A DNA stretch of 64,000 nucleotides. Origin: an uncultured Gammaproteobacteria bacterium. GTDB taxonomy: Bacteria; Patescibacteriota; Patescibacteriia; UBA9934. The position numbers and the translations under genes were made by a program. Under the pieces are notes generated by a model. It was given only the letters and a program-made list of their open reading frames with translations. It was not told where the DNA came from and searched no databases. Shown here one piece after another: positions 47,939 through 56,158 of the stretch. Location of the stretch: assembly GCA_964452565.1 (NCBI GenBank), contig CAYVLY010000003.1, positions 22,555 to 86,554 on the forward strand, written 5' to 3'. Positions within the stretch are counted from its first letter, which is position 1, and each line of letters begins with the position of its first letter.

Positions 47939-49933
47939 ATGCCAAAGGGGTTAAACTTTTTAGAGGAGCCAGATGCTCTTGGTGGCCCAGAGCCAGATAC
48001 AGAGCCAATGATCTCCTATCAACCACCGAAGATGCCTTTTAAGGTGAAGAAGGTGAGTTTTATTGCAGTCGGAGGCATTCTGCTTGTTGCGTGTCTTTTC
48101 TTTTTGATTAGCATAGGAAGGTTTGTTAATGCTGCTCTCGATGTCCAAGATTCACTTGAGGCGGCACAGGCCTATGCTTTGGAGTTTGAGTTTGAAAGGG
48201 CACAGATTGAAGTAAGGGAGGCTCAAGATTCGCTTGAGATAGCCAAGAGTAGCTTATGGGCTGCCAAGTGGATGTATCCATTGCCATATGTTGGTGATCA
48301 AGTTGAGGCACTGGTTGTGTTGGTCGACACTGGGATAACACTTGCTGGTGTTATGGATGATGCTTTGTCAATTGTTCAAGAGGTGTATTCGTCAGTTTCT
48401 GACATTCAAGATGCACTCGATGATGTTGCTGGGCTTGATAAGGAATATACGTTTGAAACATTGCCAAGTGACGTGCGTGTGGAGATACTTCAGACATTTA
48501 GTAATATTGCACCAGATTTAGCCAAAGCCAGTGTTCAGTTAGATATTGCACAAGAAAAGCTTTCTGAATTGGAGGGTCTGCAGCTTTTAGGTGATATGGA
48601 AGATGTTGTCCTAGAGCTTCAAGAAACATTGCCTAAGATTGCTGCTGCAGTTGAGCTTATTACACCATTTGCGCAGTCGATCGATGAACTTGCAGGGGTG
48701 GATCAGGATAGACAGTGGCTTTTGCTATTTTTGAATAACACAGAGATGCGGCCAGGTGGTGGCTTTATGGGTGTTTATGGATTACTACAGGTACGTGACG
48801 GAGAGATTATTGATATAACAACTGCTGATACTTATTCAATTGATCAATTGGTTGAGAGTGATGAATACGTTGTCGAGCCGCCGTATCCAATCGAGGCCTA
48901 TTTGGGGCTTGATACATGGTACTTCCGTGATGCTAACTGGTACCCAGACTTTGCAGAGTCGTCGAAAACCGCAGTACAACTTTTGCGCCAAGAGTATTCT
49001 TATTCAGGTCAGCCAGTTCCTGAGATCCATGGCGTTATTGGATTCACACCAACTGTTGTCGAGATGTTACTTGAGGTGATCGGCGATGTCACAGTTGATG
49101 GAATCACTTTTACAAGTGAGAATTTCACCGAGACTCTTGAGTATGATGTTGAGTTTGGATTTAAAGAACGTGGAGTTGCATGGGAAGATCGTAAGGCGAT
49201 AATCAACGATCTTGTCGATGAGCTCATGGATCGATTAATGGATGTATCTATTACAGAGCTTCCAGGTTTGATCACAGCCTTTGAGCAGATGTTCACGCAA
49301 AAGCAGATCGGAATGTATAGCTTTGATGCTCAAACCCAGGTTGTGTTTGAAGATGCTGACTGGGCAGGCGTGCTAGATGTTGACGAAACAGATGACTTTT
49401 TGTTGGTAGCTGACGCGAACATGGGTGCTCTGAAGACTGATCACGCAATGGAAAAGGAGATCGTGTATTCAATTATTCCAAGTGATAATGGTTACCAGGC
49501 GCAAGTTGATATCACTTATTATCATCAGGGTGGCTTTGATTGGCGCACAACTCGTTATCTAAGTTACACAAGTATCTTGGCGCCCATTGGTAGTGAGTTG
49601 ATCTCAACAACTGGTGACAATGCATCTGCATATGAAGAGCTTGGAACAATGCGGTTTGGAAGCTATATCTCAATAGAGCCTGGAGAGACTGGCACTCTAT
49701 CATTTGTGTATTCATTGCCAGACTCTGTGAGCGAGGCAATCGAAGATGGGCTTTATGATTTGACCGTTTTCAAGCAAGTAGGTTCTAAACAGGCTGCGTT
49801 GACTCTAGACCTTGATTTTGATAAAAACCTAAGAGCAGCAGAGCCTTCTGAGCTGGAAGACCAGTATGGAGATCAGACATATCACGTTGAGGTTCAGCTA
49901 GATCAGGATTTGGAGTTTATTGTGCAGTTTTAG
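47939..49933 (+). CDS. DUF4012-like membrane-anchored protein
   Basis: LLFLNNTEMRPGGGFMG and FRDANWYPDF motifs. Confidence 0.82.
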   Translation: MPKGLNFLEEPDALGGPEPDTEPMISYQPPKMPFKVKKVSFIAVGGILLVACLFFLISIGRFVNAALDVQDSLEAAQAYALEFEFERAQIEVREAQDSLEIAKSSLWAAKWMYPLPYVGDQVEALVVLVDTGITLAGVMDDALSIVQEVYSSVSDIQDALDDVAGLDKEYTFETLPSDVRVEILQTFSNIAPDLAKASVQLDIAQEKLSELEGLQLLGDMEDVVLELQETLPKIAAAVELITPFAQSIDELAGVDQDRQWLLLFLNNTEMRPGGGFMGVYGLLQVRDGEIIDITTADTYSIDQLVESDEYVVEPPYPIEAYLGLDTWYFRDANWYPDFAESSKTAVQLLRQEYSYSGQPVPEIHGVIGFTPTVVEMLLEVIGDVTVDGITFTSENFTETLEYDVEFGFKERGVAWEDRKAIINDLVDELMDRLMDVSITELPGLITAFEQMFTQKQIGMYSFDAQTQVVFEDADWAGVLDVDETDDFLLVADANMGALKTDHAMEKEIVYSIIPSDNGYQAQVDITYYHQGGFDWRTTRYLSYTSILAPIGSELISTTGDNASAYEELGTMRFGSYISIEPGETGTLSFVYSLPDSVSEAIEDGLYDLTVFKQVGSKQAALTLDLDFDKNLRAAEPSELEDQYGDQTYHVEVQLDQDLEFIVQF

Positions 49934-49944
49934 CACTGCACTGT

Positions 49945-50026
49945 GTCACCCCTGCGCAGGCAGGGGTCCATCGAAAAGTCGAGTTCGATATATATCGATG
50001 GATCCCGGCTCAGGGGCCGGGATGAC
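49945..50026. repeat. GTCAYCCC..GGRTCCA / TGGAYCC..GGGRTGAC palindromic element
   Basis: Related copy at 57093-57174. Confidence 0.75.
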
Positions 50027-50069
50027 GAATGAATTTAGACGGAGGATTGAGGGGGGGAGATACTTACTT

Positions 50070-51074
50070 ATGTTCGAGAAAAAAATTGGAATTGATTTAG
50101 GAACCACCACGGTTTTGGTATATCTGCCGAAGCGTGGAATTATTATCAATGAGCCATCTGTGGTAGCGGTATCCAAGGCAGACAGAAAAGTTTTGGCAGT
50201 TGGAAAAGAGGCAAAGGACATGCTTGGGCGCACCCCGGATACAATTGTTGCTCAACGTCCACTTAAGGATGGGGTGATTGCTGACTATAAAACCACAGAG
50301 GCAATGCTTCGATATTTCATCAATAAGTCTCTTGGAGGAATGCGGATTTTGCGTCCTGAAGTAATGGTTGCGGTTCCTGGTGGGATCACCTCAACTGAAA
50401 GACGTGCAGTTATTGATGCAGCACTCTCTGCTGGAGCAAAAGCTGCTTATATTATCCGTCAACCAATCGTTGCAGCCATAGGTGCGAGTATCCCAATCGG
50501 AAGTCCATCAGGTCACATGGTAGTTGAGATTGGTGGGGGAACCACTGAGGTTGCAGTTATCTCGCTTGGGGGGATTGTTGCATCTGACTCTGTCAGAATT
50601 GGGGGAGTTAAGTTTGATCAGGCGATCATGGAACATATTCGCAAGAAGTACAACCTTGCCGTTGGTGAACGAACTGCAGAGGAAATTAAGATTCGAGTTG
50701 GTTCCGCAATGTACTTGGAGGACAAACTTGAGATGGAAGTTAAGGGCCGAGATATGATAACTGGACTTCCAAAAATCATGATCGTGACCTCGGATGATGT
50801 CACAGAAGCTATCCAACCGCTCTTAGAAGGGATCCTAGAGGCAATTAAAGAGGTGTTGTATAAAACACCACCTGAGCTCTCCGCTGATGTGATGGACAAA
50901 GGAATCGTGATTTCTGGTGGAAGTTCACAGCTGCGGAACTTTGATCGGCTCATTGCAGAGGCGACTGGAGTGCCTACTTATTTGGCAGAAGAGTCACAAC
51001 TTTGTGTTGCAAAGGGAACAGGAATTGCACTTGATAATCTTGACGCTTACAAGCGTAGCGTCTTCACTGGCTAG
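50070..51074 (+). CDS. mreB: Rod shape-determining protein MreB
   Basis: IGIDLGT, EPSVVAV, RPLKDGVIAD and TPPELSAD motifs. Start moved to MFEKK. Confidence 0.96.
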   Translation: MFEKKIGIDLGTTTVLVYLPKRGIIINEPSVVAVSKADRKVLAVGKEAKDMLGRTPDTIVAQRPLKDGVIADYKTTEAMLRYFINKSLGGMRILRPEVMVAVPGGITSTERRAVIDAALSAGAKAAYIIRQPIVAAIGASIPIGSPSGHMVVEIGGGTTEVAVISLGGIVASDSVRIGGVKFDQAIMEHIRKKYNLAVGERTAEEIKIRVGSAMYLEDKLEMEVKGRDMITGLPKIMIVTSDDVTEAIQPLLEGILEAIKEVLYKTPPELSADVMDKGIVISGGSSQLRNFDRLIAEATGVPTYLAEESQLCVAKGTGIALDNLDAYKRSVFTG

Positions 51075-51076
51075 TT

Positions 51077-52195
51077 ATGATTTACGGAATCGACGTTAAT
51101 GCCCTGACACGACCGAACTACACTGGAGTTGAAAGGTATGTGTTTGAGCTAATAAGCGAGATGATGAAAAAACCGCTTAAGGAGGGGGAGCGGGTTTTTT
51201 TGTATACATCAAATATCGTCGATGATCTTGGAGAGTTACCAGAAGGATGGGAATGGAAAGTCTTAAAGCTTTCAATATTATCAAAGGGTTGGACGCATAT
51301 GCGATTAAGCTGGGAACTACTTGTAAGGCCGCCTGATGTATTCTTCTCACCTGCACATGAGATTCCATTGGGATCTTGGCGAACAAAAATTGTGAACACA
51401 ATTCACGACATTGCTTTTGTCCATGTGCCCGAGGTGTATACATTTTTTAATCGTTTTCGACAGAAATGGGCAGTTAGACGCGCAGCTCAAAAGGCTGATC
51501 AGATTTTAACGGTTTCAGAGACCACAAAGGCTGATCTTGAGAAGTTCTACAAGATTCGGTCTGATCGAATGACTGTAACTAGATTAGGGGTCAGACCCAA
51601 TAAGTTTAGGGTCAGACCCAGGGATGTGGATGAAATTTTGCAAAAATACCATTTAAAAGCTCAGAAGTACTTACTAACCATCGGTCGAGTTGAAAAGAAA
51701 AAGGGAATTGGTTTTTTGCTGCAAGTTTTTGAAAAGTACATTGAAAAGCACCCCGAGTCAGATTTACACTTAGTTCTTGGAGGAAAGATGGGAAATGGCC
51801 AAGAGGAGATTGAGAATCAAATCAAAAGCTCAAAGGCCAAGGATCGAGCCCATGTTTTAGGATTTGTACCTGAGGAAGATCTTGCTGCATTGATGCATGG
51901 ATCGCTGGCATATGTTTTTCCTTCAACCTATGAAGGATTTGGCATTCCAGCACTTGAGGCCATGGCAGCTGGAACTCCAGTAATAGCATCAGATGTACCT
52001 GCATTGCGTGAGGTATGTGGCGATGCAGCCTTGATTCGATCAACGCAAGATATCCATGCCTGGGTTGATGCTATGGAGCAGGTTCGAGGTAGTGAAATTA
52101 GATCGAATCTGATCGAAAAGGGAAATCAGCGAGTACAAGAGTTTACTTGGCAAAGTACGGCACAAAAGACGTGGGAGGTTTTGAGGGATTTGTAG
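51077..52195 (+). CDS. Glycosyltransferase family 4 (mannosyltransferase-like)
   Basis: TGVERY, TIHD and FPSTYEGFGIPALEAMA motifs. Confidence 0.92.
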   Translation: MIYGIDVNALTRPNYTGVERYVFELISEMMKKPLKEGERVFLYTSNIVDDLGELPEGWEWKVLKLSILSKGWTHMRLSWELLVRPPDVFFSPAHEIPLGSWRTKIVNTIHDIAFVHVPEVYTFFNRFRQKWAVRRAAQKADQILTVSETTKADLEKFYKIRSDRMTVTRLGVRPNKFRVRPRDVDEILQKYHLKAQKYLLTIGRVEKKKGIGFLLQVFEKYIEKHPESDLHLVLGGKMGNGQEEIENQIKSSKAKDRAHVLGFVPEEDLAALMHGSLAYVFPSTYEGFGIPALEAMAAGTPVIASDVPALREVCGDAALIRSTQDIHAWVDAMEQVRGSEIRSNLIEKGNQRVQEFTWQSTAQKTWEVLRDL

Positions 52196-52197
52196 AT

Positions 52198-52971
52198 ATG
52201 CGTGACATTATTACCGAACTTATACATTTAGGATTTTCACCCAATGAGGCCAAGGTGTATTTGGCAGCATTGGAGTTGAGCGTGTCACCTGCACAACGAA
52301 TTGGTGATAAGGCTGGTGCTAATCGTGCAACAACCTATGCGGTGCTTAAGAGTTTGATAAAGAAGGGGTTGATTACTTCAGTAAATGTCGATGGCACACA
52401 ACACTTTAGGGCAGAGGCCCCGCAGTCGATTTTGACATTATTTGAGCTTCAGCAGCGGGAGTTAGAGAAGCGAAAGCATAAGGCACATCAAACAATCCAG
52501 CGTTTGCAGGTGTTTCACAATACTGATGGCAGTAAACCTAAGATTCGTTATTTTGAGCGTGTTACGGGGCTTCGTGCTATGCAGGCAGAGTATGAGATGT
52601 TGGATGAGGATATGATTCAGATTGTGGGACTGGATACTTTGAAAAAGCTCTATGATCCATCTTCAGATGGAGAGCATGCAAAAGAGTTGAAGCGTAAGGA
52701 TCGAAAAGTGAAGACCATTATTGCAACGCAAGAAGATACATCGCATTTAGATGAGCTTGATAACTTTCAATATGTTGTTGTTGATCCAGATGTTGTAAGT
52801 ATCAAAGGTGAGATGACAGTTTGCGGCGATCGGGTTGTTATGTTTTCTTACTCATCGAGTATCATCGCCGTAGAGGTTCAGTCAAAGGAGATTGCAGATA
52901 CTGCAAGGGCAACACTTGAGCTTGCTTGGAATGAGGCTGTTAGGCTTTCGAGGATAGGAAAGGAAGATTAG
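52198..52971 (+). CDS. TrmB-family transcriptional regulator
   Basis: LGFSPNEAKVYLAALEL..RATTYAVLKSLIKKGL winged HTH. Confidence 0.85.
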   Translation: MRDIITELIHLGFSPNEAKVYLAALELSVSPAQRIGDKAGANRATTYAVLKSLIKKGLITSVNVDGTQHFRAEAPQSILTLFELQQRELEKRKHKAHQTIQRLQVFHNTDGSKPKIRYFERVTGLRAMQAEYEMLDEDMIQIVGLDTLKKLYDPSSDGEHAKELKRKDRKVKTIIATQEDTSHLDELDNFQYVVVDPDVVSIKGEMTVCGDRVVMFSYSSSIIAVEVQSKEIADTARATLELAWNEAVRLSRIGKED

Positions 52972-52978
52972 TTATCGC

Positions 52979-53052
52979 TTGGGGGTATTCCATCCCCCAA
53001 ACCCCCTGGCCATGTTTCTTTGCTGGCCCAAAGAAATATGGAAAAGAAAAGG
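52979..53052. repeat. ~75-bp pseudoknot-like repeat, copy 1
   Basis: Direct repeat of 55855-55929. Confidence 0.8.
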
Positions 53053-53264
53053 CCTTTGCGAGTAGTCCCGCGGCTTACTAGAACACAGACACCTGCCGCC
53101 AATTTTTTTATTAGAGGTATTAATGGTTGGGCTGATCGATAATCTCCAGCCGTAGGGTTGGCGTCGGGTCGCAAGGCCCGACACCATCAGGGACGTAGGG
53201 CAACTGCACGCACTCAAGATTAGCTGGGGAAAATTGGCTGGGGACTGAGTTTGAGGATACAGAC

Positions 53265-53294
53265 AAAACACCACCCAATCGGGTGGTGTTTTTT
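53265..53294. terminator. Bidirectional terminator
   Basis: AAAACACCACCC-aatc-GGGTGGTGTTTT. Confidence 0.8.
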
Positions 53295-53389
53295 GCGCTG
53301 TTCACAAGTTTACTTATGAACACTGCGTGTTGGCAGAGCACAGTACTAGGTACTGGCCCTGCCTGTGAGACGGGGGAAGGGACGGGGGA

Positions 53390-54343
53390 CTAGGCCGCAG
53401 CCGAGTGCTTGCGATCGAGCTCAGCGATCCGGTTGTGGAACAGCTTCTCGAGCTCGCGCTGCTGGGCTTCGAGTTCCTCGATCGCCCTGGGCGGGATGGG
53501 GAGTTCCTCATCGAGACGGTGCTGGATCATCTTTTCGAGATCACCCTCTGAGGTGCCCAGCCAGGGCATCCGGTGCTTGTCCTCGACGTGCCGGTTGGTG
53601 TAGGGCATGTAGCTGGCCCACCTCGGGCCGCGGTAGTTCCGTTCTGCGCCGCGACGGGCGCGCGGCCTGTGGCCGTGGAGCCGTGCCACATGGCAGTCCT
53701 TGGACACGTGACGGCTCTTGCGAGCCTGGTGGGGCTCGGCCGCGATACGCTCGGCCTCGAGATGAGCGGCATAGCGGGCGATGGCATCGGCATACTCGAC
53801 CTCGTAGTCGATATCGCCTTCGATCATGTCTCCTCTGTACACCCTGACCATGTCTCCTGCCAGCCAGATCAGGTGCTCTTGCGCGAGCTGGACCCGACGC
53901 TCTTCGTTTTCTCCGATCCAGTTCTCCATGTCGTCCCAGACCTCATCTTCGTCGTACTCGTCGAGCTCGTATTCCTCGTCGTCCAAGGCCTCGCGGCCGA
54001 AGTCGAAGTGCTCGATGAGGACCTGGTCAGTGGAGGGGTCGACGCGATCGGGGTGGAAGGGGTCAGCCATCTGGACGTGCATGTCGTACAAGTCCATGTG
54101 GTTGTTCATGGCTACCTCGCCGAAGTTGGGCGAGGTTCCGAAGCTGCGCACTCCATTCTCGTTGGTGACCCACCAGGCCGGCTTGCGGCCGGTGATCTGG
54201 TTTTTCTCGTCTGCCCACCGCTCGAGCTCCTGGGCCCGACCTTCTGCGATGATCTGCTGCCGCTGTCGTTCACCTTCCAGATCCAGGGTCATGACGACGT
54301 TTGGGACTGGCAGGTGTCGAACTTCTGATGCTGCTGTTGCCAT
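53390..54343 (-). CDS. GC-rich orphan B (317 aa; acidic block followed by Arg/His-rich block)
   Basis: GAAGGAGA SD upstream, strong GC3 bias on the minus strand, no recognisable family. Confidence 0.8.
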   Translation of the reverse strand: MATAASEVRHLPVPNVVMTLDLEGERQRQQIIAEGRAQELERWADEKNQITGRKPAWWVTNENGVRSFGTSPNFGEVAMNNHMDLYDMHVQMADPFHPDRVDPSTDQVLIEHFDFGREALDDEEYELDEYDEDEVWDDMENWIGENEERRVQLAQEHLIWLAGDMVRVYRGDMIEGDIDYEVEYADAIARYAAHLEAERIAAEPHQARKSRHVSKDCHVARLHGHRPRARRGAERNYRGPRWASYMPYTNRHVEDKHRMPWLGTSEGDLEKMIQHRLDEELPIPPRAIEELEAQQRELEKLFHNRIAELDRKHSAAA

Positions 54344-54412
54344 TTCCGATATCTCCTTCGGTGTGGCTTCTGGTGGAAAGAAAACCCCGGGATGGGGCGT
54401 CTATTTGTGGTG

Positions 54413-54642
54413 GTTTCCCACAGCAATCTGGAGGTGATGTGGTGCTCTGAGACAGGCTCAGAACATGTGCCCAGCTAGGCTGGGCTCATAGGGTAGTGAC
54501 TCCCGAAGGAATATATCCCGAGAATGTTCGGGTATGTACTAGGAGTTAGCCGAAGCCAAGTCTTAGAACTTGAACATTCAATCCTCCTGAGGCTTTGTAA
54601 TTTCAGAAGAAATTCATCAACCTCCAGGTTGCTGTAGAAAAC
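54413..54642 (-). ncRNA. Candidate ~230-nt structured RNA / leader
   Basis: ~27-bp closing stem (54413-54439 with 54615-54642), several internal hairpins and two cUUCGg-capped stems on the minus strand. Confidence 0.5.
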
Positions 54643-54681
54643 GCCTCAGATGTGATCTCCTAATCACATCCAAAGCGTTTT
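54638..54681 (-). terminator. 19-bp hairpin, terminator- or attenuator-like
   Basis: AAAACGCTTTGGATGTGAT / ATCACATCTGAGGCGTTTT. Three G-U pairs form only on the minus strand. Confidence 0.6.
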
Positions 54682-54702
54682 TTTTGTTCTCTCTCAAATT
54701 GT

Positions 54703-54764
54703 TGTCATCCTGAACGAAGTGAAGGATCCACTCAAGTAGATTCTTCGCTACGCTCAGAATGACA
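54703..54764. repeat. TGTCATCCTGAACGAAGTGAAGGATC..GATTCTTCGCTACGCTCAGAATGACA element
   Basis: Imperfect terminal inverted repeat of the GTCAT..ATGAC type. Confidence 0.75.
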
Positions 54765-54895
54765 GGTGACATAGCCACTCAGAGCACACAAGTGAACTTG
54801 TATTCTCTGCGCGACCCGCATACAGGCGATCTTGAGACAAGGCTCGTGATCGGTGATCCTGCATGCGAGACGGAAGGGGGTGAAGGGGCGGCGGA

Positions 54896-55612
54896 CTAGC
54901 GGGGCGCCTGGCTGAGCTCGCGGATGCTGGCCGTCAGACCGCCATCCTGGGCCTGGGCGACCTTGCGGGTGGGGGTCAGCCGCTGGAAGTCCAGGTCGCT
55001 CTCCTTGCCACCGACCTTCGCAGGCAGGGCAGCGGAGAACTTGCGGATCTGGGCGAACACCTCATCGGTGAGGATGCCCAGCGCCACGAAGCACTCACCG
55101 ACCTCGCGGTAGCTCCGGCGCACACCCAGCTTCTTGCTCTGGGCGATGGCGTAGAGCGTGTTCGCCGCGGCCTGCTTGTTGCTGGTCAGGACGACCTTCC
55201 CGGCCTTCTGGTCCATCGCGTAGGTGTAGGGGCACTTGCCGCTGTGCTGCCACTTGTCGCCCCTCTTGAACCGCCGGTAGGTGCCGGCCTTGGATGCGGC
55301 ATCCAGGATGGCCTTGCAGGCTTGGTTCTGGTGCGAGAGGAAGACGGCCACATCGTAGCGGGCCTTGGCAGCCAGGCCAGCCTTGTCACCTGCGTCGTGC
55401 ATCTTCTTGAGGCACAGCTGCTCGGCGACCAGGCGCGCGGGCTCGAGCTCCTGTACCATCTGCTCCATTGCCGCCTCGTCACTCTTGACCAGGTTGGCGA
55501 TGGCCAGTAGGGCGCGCTTCAGCTGCTTCTCGGCCTCGGTCAGCTCATCCCACTTTTTGTAGATGAAGAGGGTGTCCTGGCGGGGCTGCGTGTTCTTGGT
55601 TGCTTCGGCCAT
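54896..55612 (-). CDS. GC-rich orphan A (238 aa; Lys/Ala-rich, basic)
   Basis: AAGGAG SD before ATG 55612 (MAEATK), strong GC3 bias. Confidence 0.8.
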   Translation of the reverse strand: MAEATKNTQPRQDTLFIYKKWDELTEAEKQLKRALLAIANLVKSDEAAMEQMVQELEPARLVAEQLCLKKMHDAGDKAGLAAKARYDVAVFLSHQNQACKAILDAASKAGTYRRFKRGDKWQHSGKCPYTYAMDQKAGKVVLTSNKQAAANTLYAIAQSKKLGVRRSYREVGECFVALGILTDEVFAQIRKFSAALPAKVGGKESDLDFQRLTPTRKVAQAQDGGLTASIRELSQAPR

Positions 55613-55763
55613 GATGGCACTCCTTGTTCTGGCTGGGTGACCCCTCGACCTCCTTGGTCGGGTGGTCGGGGGTTGGATGGAAGCCCCGGGGGTGGGGCAT
55701 GCTTGGGGAAACAAGTGAAGGGAACGCATTTATATTGGCTTTCTGGCCAAATGCGAACGTTGT

Positions 55764-55792
55764 AATATAGCACAAAAAAGCGGTTTTGTCAA
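55764..55792 (-). promoter_or_regulatory. Promoter of orphan A(/B)
   Basis: TTGACA-17 bp (ending TGc)-TATATT on the minus strand. Confidence 0.8.
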
Positions 55793-55854
55793 GAGCAAAC
55801 CATGGATTTGGGGCCAAAGTTAGTAAAAAAAATTGTAAAGCTCTGAGTGATCAG

Positions 55855-56079
55855 TTGGGGGTACTCCGTCCCCCTGGACCCCCAGGCCATATTTCTTTGC
55901 TCACCCAAAGAAATATGGAAAAGAAAGGGTGTTGGCCCATACTGCGCTCGTCCAGGTATACCTCAGGCATACAAACGGGCATTTTGGCGATCCAATTTGT
56001 AATTAAAGGATAAATTGGACTCAAAATGCTATTCCGTTCTCCTGCCCGAGGATAAGCCTGGATGTACTCGTGGTGGGCC
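55855..56079. repeat. Pseudoknot-like repeat copy 2 plus long rod hairpin
   Basis: 55855-55929 repeats 52979-53052. Nested arms GGCCCA/TGGGCC, TCCAGG/CCTGGA, GCATTTTG/CAAAATGC and TCCAATTT/AAATTGGA follow. Confidence 0.75.
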
Positions 56080-56158
56080 TGAGTCTGGGTCCTGGGTTCC
56101 CTTCGACTCGCCCTGCTCGCTCAGGACCTTCGGCTGCATTCCGTGGTACAATACCCCT

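Noticed and set aside
53365-54437. Long plus-strand ORFs (53573-54328, 53826-54437 and others)
   Set aside because: Antisense shadows of the GC3-biased minus-strand gene, lacking promoter and SD.
54413-54642. Retron msr-msd, tmRNA, RNase P or SRP RNA
   Set aside because: No reverse transcriptase in the window and none of the hallmark motifs seen.
54649-54668. CRP site TGTGA..TCACA
   Set aside because: Spacer is 8 bp, not 6, and the sequence is explained as a hairpin stem.
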